Below, piece after piece: positions 45,001-57,234 of a stretch of DNA of 64,000 bases. The position numbers and the translations under genes are program-made. Location: positions 42,358-106,357 of the IMG/VR virus record IMGVR_UViG_3300050343_000255; one strand, given 5' to 3'. The number at the start of each line of letters is the position of its first letter. The first letter of the stretch is position 1. The stretch comes from a virus. The notes under the pieces are model-generated. The model saw nothing but the letters and a program-made list of their open reading frames with translations, had not been told where the DNA came from and did no database searches.

Positions 45001-48000
45001 TAGTTCACCAAATTATTACTGACATTACCCAGCCCTTGCAGAATTAAAGCCAACGCCTCACGTTGATCCCTACGGTTGCTACGAGCGTTTTCCATATCTA
45101 ACCTACGGTTGTTCATTCCCATCTGACCCATTTGCAGTTGGAAATTATTTTGCGATTGCATTTGTTGAAATTGACGGTCAGCAAGATTCTGCTCCATCAA
45201 ATCAAGATACCTAGATTGTTCTTTAGACCGATCTTCAAGTAATCGATTTTCTTGTCGTTCTGCTCTTGATTCTGGACTGCCTTTTTGAGATTTGCGGAAT
45301 CTTTCACCTTCAGCATCAAGTTCATAACTACTCTTACCGAGTAAGCCATCAACTGCTAAACCTGGATAACTAGCTTTAAGGTTTTGCAAAGAGTTTAATT
45401 TCTTTAGTTCATCTTGAACACGTAGTGATGCTTCAGAAGTACCCTCACCCTCTCTGTAGCCAAGATTAGTTGGCATCCGATCTTTATAGCCAAGGTTTGT
45501 GTATCCTTGTTCAATTTGTTTAATACCCGTTCTTAGGCTGCTATTTACAGCATCAATAGCTTGTTGCCTAGCAGCATCTTTTACTTGTTTTGTAGAGATT
45601 CCTGTTCTTAATGCCCTTAAATTATCACCAATATCATCTTTGTAACTATCAGGCTTGTTTAGATCAAAGCTTTCACCTTTGGCAATTGATTCTGGTGTAT
45701 AGCCAATTGATTCTTTTAATCCTGGAATTAAATCAATAGCCGCTTTGGTAGCTAATGCACCGCCGGATAGAATTCCTGCTCCTGCTAAAAATGGCATCAG
45801 ACTAATCCTCGCTGTTGTAGCAATTTAAGCGCTTCTTCTAGTTTACGATCTTCTGCAGACTTACCTCCACCAAGTAAGAACTGAAGTCCATCACTTGCAG
45901 CTTTACCAAGAGATGCACCACCTGCAGCTACCAGAGGATTACCCATTCCAAGTACTCCACCAATAGTTCCACCAAACCCCATTGCCGCAGCATCCATAAC
46001 TTTATTACCAAAGACTGTCGTCACCTAAGACAATATCTCCAACATCACCAACAGCTTGAACGGCACCAAGTACAGGTAACGCTCGTCCTGCAAACCTCAT
46101 AGGTGCGGATCTAACAACACCCATTGCTCCTGCACGAAGCCCTTTAGGTAGAGCCTTAACTCCTGCTGCAACTAGCTGATCTCCTCCCATAACCCTGTTG
46201 GCATCATCAGCCATATTGCCGATGCCACTAAGGGTTTGTCCACCTAAGTTTCTTAGTGCTTTGCCTTGTACAACACCACCCATAAATTCAGGATTATTTT
46301 GAATGGCTTTTAGAAGTAGATCCCTTTCAAGTGGAGTCATGACATTGTATTTAATAGTTTAATTAACCGAATAGATTGCCGAGCATTTGCCCGCCTTTAG
46401 ATGCAAGTGCACCCACCATAGGATTGCCACCGGAAAGGATTGTTCCACCAATGCCAGCTACGGCACCAAGGCAGAACCCCACATGGATTTACTAGCGGCA
46501 TCTTTAGCATCCGCCTTCAGTTGCTTAGCTTCCTTTTCTGCAGCAGATACCAGTCCAATCGAGCCTAAACTTTTACCCATTGCATAAGCATCTGCATTAC
46601 TTGCTGCAGTTTCTACTGCTGACTTATTGGCAATATCTTGCGCAATAAAATCAGAGGGGCTAAAGGACTGACCTCTATTTGTTTTCCAGATCTTACCAAG
46701 ATCTACAGCATTTCCATAACGAGCGGCATTGCTGCTTGGCTCATTAAATGTTATAGGACTTAAGTTAAGACCTGTAGAAAAGCTGGTAGCCATATCTTTT
46801 TAATTAGCCTTTATTAAGTGTATCAATATTATCCAATGTAACCATGCATGTCAATTCCAAAACCTAAGGATTCTAATGTTCTTTCCAAAAATATCCGCAG
46901 GGCTTCTTCCAAATGATTGTAGTTCAGATACACCACTTGATCTGTTCCTCCACCAAAGTTACCAAACCCACCAGCTGCACCAAAAGATCCAACATTGCCG
47001 AGCCAGTCAAGACCTGCCACTTTACCGCACCTGCTGATCTGTTGTTGATTTGCAGATTGCTAGCATCATCCATAGATTTCTTTGTTCTCATTTTTCCAAA
47101 GATGTCTACACCTGCTCCACCAACCATAGCAGTATTAAGAAATGCATTAGCACTTCTTTTGCATCTTTCTGAGCACTAGTGCCTACTATTTTCCAGTATC
47201 AAATGAATCAAGAAAACCTGTGAAAACTCCAAAAGCCATAGTAATTACTATAAATATTGTTCAGCGTTTCCGCCTTGCATTTGATTCTCTAGAGAATTCC
47301 TGCGACGTCGCTCTCCTTCAATTATATTACCTCCAACTTGACCTGCTGCTAATCCTCCAAGTCCACCAAGTAGTCCACCAATTGCAGCTTGTTTAGATCT
47401 TGCACCATACTTAGCTCCTGCTAAGTCCACCAGCCAATGCTGCTGTATAAGGAACTATTCCTGTAGTAACTGGTAAGCCTCGACCAAGGAACTGAACCTC
47501 AGGTCCGTGAATACCTTCGTCGGTAAACTTCAGTGCTCCTGCACCAATAGTTAGATCACCATCTGTTGGATTGTAGTCTTCACGCTTGTCATACTTAAAG
47601 GCTTGATAACGCTTGTACTCATCTCGGCTTACATCAGGTCGTACTTTTTTGAACTCTTCGTAAGGAAGTAGTTGACCTGTACGTCCCATCAAATACTTAA
47701 GACCAACCTCACCAAGAACGTTTGAACTCTTTGTTGGATCGTCTTCTGAAGGTAGTGCCGCTTTGTATCCCTCAGCCCCACCAAATGGGCTCATAAGCCC
47801 TAGTCCGGTGTTAATTGCAATACCTGTAGGAATTGCTAACGACTGCACCATACCGGGGCTGTAGTTGCGCTTTTGAAGATCACCTGAATCATCAAAGCTA
47901 TAGCCACGTGATGCTTTAATTTATCGTCAACATACTTTGCCTTTTTTAGTATCCACCATTTCTTTGATGGCATCCTTATCACTGATGTTTAGATACCTTG

Positions 48001-51000
48001 GTGATTTTCCTTCAGGGGTAACAGTGAATGGAATCTCAGCGCTTTGTACACGAGACTTTTTGTATAGCTCTGGTACTACACGGGATAGTGCTTGCTCATT
48101 GATCACTTCACCTGTGGCCTGTAGTGCATTCAATAGCCAGTACACACTACGGGTAGTGTCTTGGGTTAAGTCATTAGCAATATCTCCTGTTAGCTGTCCA
48201 CTCTTTCGTGCAGTACTACCTTTTAGCTGCATATCAAACTCTTCAAGAGCTTGACGCTTCTCAGGTCTTAATGTGCCAGTAAGCTCCTGTAACCGAAAGG
48301 CAGCAGGGTGGGTTCCCATAAGAGAATCTGCTTTGGTTGATTCTTCTGTTAGACCACTTAGCTTGCGATCTCGAAGCATCACATTTCTACGATCCTCACG
48401 ACCTATCCCATAACTATCTCTAAAGCCCTTCACCAAAGTCGCTAAGGATATTCCGTATTTGCTGCATGCGATCTTTAGCCATTAACCAATACCTTGATTT
48501 CCGTATAGAAGCTTTGTGTAGATCCAGGCAGTAGTCCTAATTCAGCTAACAGCTTTCCTGTTTGATCCTGTCGGATCATGTTCTCCAGTGCTTCACGATC
48601 CTGTGCACTTAGCTTTTCATAAGGTGTCTGACCTTTTCCACCCATAGCAAGGTCTTTACCTTGTTGTAGTTTTTCAGAAACTACTCGACCACCCATATCT
48701 CCACCAATTGATCCAGCCATATCTAGCACCCTTGCTAGGTTTACATTTGTACCACCAAGTCGTCCTAAAGCTAATCCACCTAAGCCTCCACCCACTACTG
48801 AACCACCAGCAATTAATTTGTCTCCAATATCGCCAGGTGTCATTGCCAGCTTCCATGCCACCAAATAACATGATTCTGGAAGAAGACGTTCTCCAAGAGC
48901 CATATTGCCCATATATTTACCTGTAGCTGGATTACTGAATAAACCTTTGACAGCACTACCTGCAAATCTTCCTACTTTACCAATCATTATTTCTTACGCA
49001 TTTTGTGGGTTGTTCATATTATATCTAGGCATGAAAGAATTGTTCTCCTGGAGGAATTGACCTTGTTGAAAGTACTCCATGAATTCATATATGATCTGTT
49101 TTCCATCATCATTGTCCGCGTACTTTTGTGCAAGAAGTTTTGCACTTTGATCTGTTCTGCTGAAGCAGGGCGGCTAGGTCACGAGGTGTTCTTGATTCAG
49201 CTGCACCACTACTTGTTCCAAACCTTGTACCTTTCCTGAATCTCTTTGAACGTCAGCACCTGCAGCTTACGTAGGGATCCAAGGTCTACTCTTGCTTTAC
49301 CTGGATTATTACTGTTGCGCATGATTAAGCTCTAGGGAAACGTGAACGACGGCCTACAGGGAGGCAGTTGGGAAATAATTGAACTCATCGCATCTGCACG
49401 ACGAGAGAGATCTTCATCTGCTCTGCGTTGTACAGCTTGTGCACCAATGATGTTGGATTCATTGCGCTTACGGCGAATAGCCGCATCTGCTCTGGATTCA
49501 GTCTTCTTGGCACGACCTTCACTCAACTGTTCAAGTTTTGAGCGAATCGCGGCAGGGTCTGTTTCACCAGTGCGGTTATAGACCTCTTGCTGTCCAAACG
49601 TAGACAGTGGGTTTGTTGAGCGCTGCGCGGGCATCCCGATATATGGCTTTGCGGCTCCAGGGCTTTGAAGCTTTGCCATTGCAGCAACTACGTCCTCACC
49701 TGTGCTCTTCACACGAGTTCCACCCTTCTGTTGAGCAATACCTACGTTTCCGAAGCCCTCTTGTGGGGAATCAAAGGTGATACCAGCAGTGGGACCACCG
49801 GTACGGTCTAGGTAAGTGCCAGTTGGGTTCTGATTTACCGAAGAACGGCGTGCAGCATCCAGTTGGAACATGGAGTTAGCCAAACGTTGCTCATCTCCAC
49901 TGCTCATACCCAGTTTCTGCATGAGACCACTAACAACCTGTGTTCCTGCAGGGATGTTCTTACGAGTTTCGGGATCTACAACAAACAGTGTGTCTCCTTT
50001 GCGCTCTAGTTCCTGATTAACGAAGGTTGCAGCCTTCTCAAGCTCATCGATTGAACGAATATTGCCTGATACTTGCTGCAGAGAAGGGGAATCAATACGA
50101 ATACCCAGTTCTCGCAGTTTGTTTGAGAAGTTTGTCGTCTCTTTAGAGATATTTGCCTGTGGATACCGAGGAGGAGTGCTTCCTGTGTCCTGAACCATGG
50201 CAGGAAGGTTGCTTGCAGTCCACTCACGTGCAGTTTGTGGATTCTGTGGAGAGTTCATCATCTGAGCAGTGTCAGGTGTATTAGCTCCTTGGGTTGAGAG
50301 GCTGATTCCCAAAGCAGGATCCAAAGCAATAGGTGCCTTGGTCACTGGATCTGCGTATCCAACAATCCGTCCGGTGTTATCGACGATCTCTTCTGCATTA
50401 GACATGACTGCTTTAGCACCATCGAAGTCTTGCTGCGCTTGCTCCATACCTCCAAGGGAGCCTGCGGCTCCGAGGCGGCGAATTTCACCAATACGGCCAA
50501 TAGCTTCATCAGCCATGGCACCATCACTGCCACCTAAGAATTGAGTACGAGCAATGTTCTGTGCTTCTGCATCAGCACGGTTGTCGTTGTACTCCATCAT
50601 CTCTGGATTAAACCGAGCACGGTCACGACTTGCGGTTGCTCGTCCAATCGTGCGTCAGCTGCGCGTTCATTCCCTAAATAAACTTTGAGAGCGTCCATTG
50701 CTGTGGATGTTTCGCTATCAACCCCAGATCCACCGAATACACGGGCAATAGATCCACCAATTCCTTGCTGTTGACGTTCAGCAGAGCGTTGAAGGTCCGA
50801 CTAATGCATCAGTAAGCACTGATTTAGGTGCCATTACTGGAAAATCTTCTGGATTCAGCGCTAAATGTTTTCAGCACTCAAATCAGCGATTAGCCCTTTT
50901 TACTCCTAGATCCTTTGTATTCTTTGGCATCTAGCAGGTCTTCTTTGATTCTTCTTGCGTTCTTGATCAGTCATATTGACTGTCAAAACCTCGATATTCG

Positions 51001-52236
51001 TAGAATGTCTGCTCATTGATCTCTACCAAATCCTGCATCTAATTCGTCATCATCTAGGAACTTAATACCATCAAGCTCTGGACGTCCCACATTTGCAGTA
51101 GTTGTCTTCTCTGACTGTGCAATCTGCCGTAGATATTGGTCTGGATCAAACTGTTGGTCAGCCCTGGCCTGGCGACGTTGCTGACGAGACACAGCAGAAG
51201 CATTTCTTCTTGCGACAACCCAAGGGTTTGTCGGGCGGCCTGGAATTGTGCACTTTGGATTAATGCATTATTGAGGCTTTGTTTAGCTTCTAGTGACACT
51301 ATTTCTACTGCGTAAACCTACAACTATTGTAGATAATTTAAATATCTTTTATTTACCTAGCATGCTTGTTCATAAAAAGATCTTTCAAACCCTGGGATGC
51401 AAATCTTTTAGTAGGAATATCTAAACCTTTTGCTAATTGATTCATTACTCCATCTTCCATCTCAGCTTTGTAATCAGGTTTCACAGCTGTAGACAATTCA
51501 ATGCCTTCAATCATTGGAGTGACACCTGGAATAATTGGAGTGGATCCTGCATTCATCGAAGAGGGCAGTTGACCTTTTGCAACTAACTGGGCAGCAGCAT
51601 TTTTAAAAGCTTGAGCATCTTGTGGAGTTGAATTACCAATAGAACTGCCATCAATTACAGTCTCAAGTCCACCATTGTTAATAGCAATAATGTCATCACG
51701 GGATCTACCCGTATCATCCATTTGATCTTGGATATCAGCATTTTTCATACGAGTGCTTTGGAATCCGCTTTTGGCAAACTCCTTTTGTGCCAAAGCAGGG
51801 TTAGCCTTTGCCCATTCTTGAAGATCTTTACGGTCGGCATACATCTCTTGGATGTCACTCATATTTGCCTGACCGGCTTTAAAGTTAGATGCATACCTTG
51901 CTCTGTAGCATTTGGATCTAATTTTGGACCCTTTGCAGTATCTGGTGCTGATTGATTGCTTAGTTAATTGCTTCTTGTGTCTCTTCAGGTGAGAGCGTAT
52001 CAAAGCCTTGAATAGGTTTCTTATCTTCGATTTTGTTTTTTGAGCTTACCTGCCAAAAATTGCTTGAGAAAGTCGTCTTGCTCTAGTCCTAATGCTTGAC
52101 GTAAGTTTTTACCGTATTCACCATATGCTTGTGAAACTGCAGCACCTGCATTCATCAATGGATTAATTATTCCTGCATTTATATTTTTGACGTTCACACC
52201 TGGGATAAAATTTCACCAAAATATTTAATAGCCATT
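44997..52236 (-). CDS. Cluster of Gly/Ala/Gln-rich hypothetical genes, probably ejection/internal virion proteins (44997-45797, 45797-46340, 46458-46793, 47248-48436, 48475-48987, 49332-51299, 51353-52236)
   Basis: Glycine-zipper hydrophobic segments, coiled coils, late-operon position; many frameshifts. Confidence 0.5.
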
Positions 52237-52269
52237 GTCATTTTTAATACTGAATCAATTGTATCTAAT

Positions 52270-52391
52270 GCAAAAACTACTCTTGCTACGCTGTTTCCCT
52301 ATATTGTTTATTTAAAAAGGTAAGAGTAATAGGTAGCTAGGAATTAACAAAGGATATATACAAAACAAGCGTAGTTTGCGTAGTTCGTAGC
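52270..52391 (+). repeat. Dispersed CTACG inverted-repeat element, copy B
   Basis: GCAAAAACTAC..GCTACGCT...TATAT...TTTAAAAAGG...ATTAACAA...TATA.AAAAC..CGTAGTTTGCGTAG. Confidence 0.8.
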
Positions 52392-53083
52392 AAGGATTCA
52401 AACAAAGCAGCGTTGCCTCGATATTCCCACGATTGTCAACGTCCGCTCACACAGCCATATATAGTATGTACCCTAAGTTATGGGACATATACCCAAATTT
52501 AAAAGGGTAGGAGTCGGTCAATATTGACATATGGCACAAAAGAGTTCCCTATAGGACCCTAAATTAGTTAGAAAATTTTCGACACGTCTAATCCCTTCTG
52601 TACCCCGGTAACCGGTGGAACAAAAAAAATATACACACGTTTCACATGTGATTAACATTTGTTTTGAACACAAGTAACAACAGAAGGATTCAACTCAAGT
52701 TAACAACAGTAAAGTTTACACATAATGTTTCACATTTGTTTTACTTATGTTGTAACAGTTGAGTTCTTACACACGTCACGTTCGCTTTACAGAAGTATCA
52801 CTTTCGTTTATAGGAACATCTGTCGTTGACGTATGTGTATACATTGTTCCCCTGTGAAATTCATGGGCGTCATTTCGAGTCACACGATGACTACGATACA
52901 CGAGAGCTGGAATGTAACACAATGGCGTCAATGACGCCTCTAATTGTGTTCTTTATGTGTCACACATGCAATCACATGATCGGTCTTGTTCACTTAGCTG
53001 GCTATTTACCTTGTCCAGATTGGTACACAATGGCGTCAATTGACGCCTCTATTTCATTGTGTTCTTTCGATACTAAGTATCTC

Positions 53084-53419
53084 ATGCGTAAACTCGCTAC
53101 CCTTACCAAGATGACTGCCAAAGGTCTGTCAACTTGGACATTCGCTCAATGTGACAGTGTCTACGTCGCATTCGGTGGTACTACTAACCGATGCAGAGTA
53201 TTCACTACACATGCACAGCTTCAGGACTGCATGCTCAACTATGCGTCCTATGGCTATCAAGTAGAACGTCATACGACCAAGCGTCGTTGGGACGGAGCTA
53301 CTCCTAAGCCTATTAAGCGTGTACCACCATCAATGCAGCAGGAGCTTGCACTACTTGAGACTATGACTCAAGAGACTGCTCCCCGTCCTGCAGAAGATAC
53401 CTTGGTGGCACTCTATTGA
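53084..53419 (+). CDS. First early-region hypothetical protein, ends LVALY
   Basis: ATG shortly after the repeat element. Confidence 0.6.
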   Translation: MRKLATLTKMTAKGLSTWTFAQCDSVYVAFGGTTNRCRVFTTHAQLQDCMLNYASYGYQVERHTTKRRWDGATPKPIKRVPPSMQQELALLETMTQETAPRPAEDTLVALY

Positions 53420-53498
53420 GCAACAAGAGTCTTGGCGTCTATCGACGCCTTTCTCTTTCTATGCCCTTTTGGGCTTATTCACTTATTCGTTATCACTT

Positions 53499-53753
53499 AT
53501 GCGTATCAAAGTCCCTGGTCAAGATTTCAACGTCCGTCTCTTCGAGCGTGTTGAAACTGTTGACAACCAGTACGACATCTTCGATGTAGGCATCGAGCAA
53601 GCTGATGGCACTATCGACAGTGTCTGTGTCGGTGGTTCCTTTGCATATGCCAAGTCACTCGTCAAAACTATTGATGAGAAGGCTGAGCAAGCTAAGGCTT
53701 CCAAAGCTAACGAGCCTCTCGTCGCCGTCGCGCCTCCCGCCTCTGCGGCTTAG
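53499..53753 (+). CDS. Hypothetical protein
   Basis: ATG after the repeat element. Confidence 0.6.
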   Translation: MRIKVPGQDFNVRLFERVETVDNQYDIFDVGIEQADGTIDSVCVGGSFAYAKSLVKTIDEKAEQAKASKANEPLVAVAPPASAA

Positions 53754-54029
53754 CGCTTGACGCTGTGTCCACCGCTATTGCGGGGGCTTTTTTCATTTGT
53801 CCTTTACATCTGTATCACCAATGTTAAGTCCATTCAAAGTGATCTGTGCATTCAGAGAATCTCCTCTGTCATTGATGCACTAGATCTATCATTTGATGAC
53901 TATTCCAACGACCCTACTGCCAACTATTACTGGCGTAGGATGCTCACTCGTGCTATAACTCCTTACATTCTGTACTGAGTTTCGATTACACCCAAGGTGG
54001 CACTCGAACATGGCACAAATGTACTGTTA

Positions 54030-54386
54030 TCACATAAGTGATATCTGACCGGACTCCTGTTGGTCTGCGGGTCCTCCGAAGCCAGCAGCAATATCCATAA
54101 CTCCACGACCTGCTAAGGCTACGCCTGCGGCTGGAATTATGTATTTGGGGACTGTACTAGCTACTGGAAGTGCATACTCCATAGCTGTTTGTACAGCTCC
54201 CCCAGGTCCGTCTATCTCTCCCTTACGTAAGGAAGGGTGACCACCACCTGCAATTACTGCAGCAGCTTGAACAGCTGGGTTAGCTCCCTCGTACATCTTA
54301 TTGATACGAGTGGTGTAACCATCATCAAACTCACGAAGTTTGTTGACAATACTGTTCAGCATGTCACCTGCCTTACGTCTATCCAT
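54030..54386 (-). CDS. Inverted hypothetical gene starting MDRRKAG
   Basis: TACAATGA about 20 nt upstream; Gly/Ala-rich. Confidence 0.6.
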   Translation of the reverse strand: MDRRKAGDMLNSIVNKLREFDDGYTTRINKMYEGANPAVQAAAVIAGGGHPSLRKGEIDGPGGAVQTAMEYALPVASTVPKYIIPAAGVALAGRGVMDIAAGFGGPADQQESGQISLM

Positions 54387-54873
54387 ATCCTTATCCTGTT
54401 TTATACCTCATTGTATCTACATGTGGGATAACTAACAGTTACTATTGAATTGAGATTATTAACATAATGGCACCTATACTTATAACTATATTGATGACTA
54501 CCTTGGTCAACAATGTTTCCCCGCTGATAAGTACTCCAACCCGTCCTTTGAACGTGTGTGAAGAGATCGGTATCGAATTACAACTCGCTATCGATGCTTC
54601 CGTACTCACTCCCAAAGAGGCTCAAGGAATACTTAATCGCTGTTACGAACTACAAGAGTCACAAGAACCTGATGGTCTATACGTACGTCATAATCCTAGG
54701 TACATGGGGCATAGCCTCAGTCGTACTGCTACTACTTAAGCTTCTATAGCTTATTGAGAACTATTATCAACTATATATAGAATGGGTATTCACTACTCCC
54801 ATTACCGTATATACCGTTGCCTGTCCTATGAATTACATAGGTAAATTAGGGGAGCGGTATATATAAATAAGCA

Positions 54874-55113
54874 ATGTCCGTATTTGACCTTATGAGCCCA
54901 TTTGATCCATGGCTGACTTCACGAAGTCCGTCCGTTTATGTTATATCTGATTCAGAAATGAAGGCATATAAACAGAAACAAGCAGTCGCGGAAATCGCTG
55001 AACTGCAACGGCTAGTCGATGGTCACAAGAGTTCTATTGAACGCCTTGAGACACACATCAGCCAACTCGAAACAGAGCTTCCAAAGCTCACCGAAACATC
55101 TAATGCCGCATAA
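54874..55113 (+). CDS. Small coiled-coil protein
   Basis: VYVISDSEM...coiled coil; structured leader upstream. Confidence 0.65.
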   Translation: MSVFDLMSPFDPWLTSRSPSVYVISDSEMKAYKQKQAVAEIAELQRLVDGHKSSIERLETHISQLETELPKLTETSNAA

Positions 55114-55321
55114 CTGCGGCTGTAGATATAAATGTTCAATATATAGAAACAAGCAGTGATTGTCTTCGATCAAACTACCATCATTCTCGCTGTAATCGGC
55201 ATGGTTGGGCTCCTCTCCACAGGAGTTGTCCTAACCACAGCATTCAAGCGTAGACCTTTGAGTTAGTAACACTGGCGCTTATCAGCGCCTGTAATTACTT
55301 ATGTCCTTTGGATATTATTCC

Positions 55322-55519
55322 ATGACTACTATCACCAGCCGCAAAACAGCTGAACTTAAAGCCTTTCCTCCTATTACAGACACCGTTGTCTGGATTAAAC
55401 AGGTGGATTGGGCAGACGTTCGTCAACGCTGCCGTGGCGGAGTTAACAACGTCGGACTTGTCCTCGCTGTAACTGGTGAAAAGATCCATGACCTTGGCGC
55501 TTGGTTAGCTGAGGTCTGA
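55322..55519 (+). CDS. Hypothetical protein
   Basis: ATG after the repeat element. Confidence 0.5.
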   Translation: MTTITSRKTAELKAFPPITDTVVWIKQVDWADVRQRCRGGVNNVGLVLAVTGEKIHDLGAWLAEV

Positions 55520-55640
55520 TCTATCTGGGGATAACAGTGTGGGAGCTCTGCGTTTCGCATGACGAGGCATGACAACCCCAGAGTGCACAAGATTGCCGCT
55601 TAATCGCGGCTTTCTTTTTGTGTACTCTTTGCAAGATTAC

Positions 55641-56159
55641 ATGAACGCTATTGCTTCAACTCACTACGTAGGTATACACCGTACGTCTCCATCTAAACAA
55701 CGCATCGTGCATGCGTTTGACTTGGACGACACTATTACGATCAAGCCTGATCACTTCAACAACATAGGCATGACCAAAGACGAGTTCTTTGATGCCTCCA
55801 GGTCATTCAAACCTGATGACCGTGTTGTTGATTTACTACGGATGATGCATCAGTGGGGCGATTCAATCGCTATCTGCACTGCTCGTCCATCCGACAGGCT
55901 CACTGAATCCTATAACTGGCTTCGCAAGTGGTCTATTCCATTCGATTGCATCCTTGTTTCCACTGGTGTGGACAACAGCGGTAATACCAAGCAGCACATG
56001 CTTCAGTATTTACGCAAGCAATACCGGATGGTTGGCACCCTTATCGATGACAGTCCATACAACATTGAAGGTGCACGCCTTCAGAGGATCAAGCGTATCC
56101 ATGTACTCAAGAATTGTGAGTACTGGGCTGCCCATCCTGAGAGCGTGGTCAAGGTATGA
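55641..56159 (+). CDS. HAD-superfamily phosphatase (PNKP phosphatase-like)
   Basis: FDLDDT, ICTARP, K, IDDS. Confidence 0.8.
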   Translation: MNAIASTHYVGIHRTSPSKQRIVHAFDLDDTITIKPDHFNNIGMTKDEFFDASRSFKPDDRVVDLLRMMHQWGDSIAICTARPSDRLTESYNWLRKWSIPFDCILVSTGVDNSGNTKQHMLQYLRKQYRMVGTLIDDSPYNIEGARLQRIKRIHVLKNCEYWAAHPESVVKV

Positions 56160-56510
56160 AGTTAGTTCTCTATTTCCTTCTAGCCTTCTACTTCAATGCA
56201 GAAGCTACATCCATAGGTCTATGCCTACTACCTCCACTTAGTGGGACGGTTAAGCATGACATTTGTTCCGATGAACAATAGCCGCTAACTCGCGGCTCTC
56301 TTTTCTCGTGTCCAATGAATTGTCACTATGACTGATGTACAACTACGTGCTGCTGCTCGCCTTAAGGCTGAACTCCTACGTCAGACTAAAGAGCGAGTAC
56401 GTGACGCCTATTACCTGCGTAAAGCAGGGGTCATGACAGCCATCGTGTGAACACTTGAGGGTCGCTGACTCGCGACTCTCTTTTTTAGTGTTCTTCAAAT
56501 CGAATGCTTA

Positions 56511-56720
56511 ATGGCAATCACCTACGACTTCACCATTGTTGCTACCAACATTACTGGTTTGTCTAAGGTGGTTCCTCAGAACGAAGCTGCGTTCTGCTAT
56601 CTCGTAGATGAAACCGATTACACCGTCTTTGCTGACGGTTCCACCGCTCTATTCCAGGAGCGTGTCGGTGACTTTATCTCCGATGCAGGCCACGCACACA
56701 TGTGCTGCGATATCGCTTGA
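56511..56720 (+). CDS. Hypothetical protein
   Basis: ATG after the repeat element. Confidence 0.55.
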   Translation: MAITYDFTIVATNITGLSKVVPQNEAAFCYLVDETDYTVFADGSTALFQERVGDFISDAGHAHMCCDIA

Positions 56721-56780
56721 GTTGACCACCACTGGCGCAAATTTGCGCCTTTCTCATTTTTTGTAATTTAAGAGGTTTAT

Positions 56781-57173
56781 TTGACCCAATCTTTCAACGT
56801 CCCTGATGGCATCTCTATGGATGAGCTTACGTCTCATCTTAAGGATGCGCCAAATGAATCAGATATTCACGATGAGTGCACCTGTGAACGTGCAGAAAAT
56901 ACAGAAGATCTTATGGAGCTTGCTTCAGAACAGATCGCATTAACTGGACGCATGACAGATGATCCTGTTGCATTCCACAAAATCATGATAGTCATGATCA
57001 TTTCTAACATGATCGACTTTCACATGAATGTTGCAACTAAATCAGGTGGAATGGATGACGATACATCTCAAGCGTGGATTCGTGACGCTGGCAAATTACA
57101 AGCAGTCATGAACATCCTTACGACTATCTCATGTGGTCCTGATGACCCATATGTAACAGCATCCTGCAACTGA
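56781..57173 (+). CDS. Hypothetical acidic protein
   Basis: GAGG ribosome-binding site with TTG start. Confidence 0.6.
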   Translation: MTQSFNVPDGISMDELTSHLKDAPNESDIHDECTCERAENTEDLMELASEQIALTGRMTDDPVAFHKIMIVMIISNMIDFHMNVATKSGGMDDDTSQAWIRDAGKLQAVMNILTTISCGPDDPYVTASCN

Positions 57174-57234
57174 TTGCCTCAATAGCCGCTTAACAGCGGC
57201 TTTCTTTTTACATGTTCTTTATCAAAGGTTTCCT

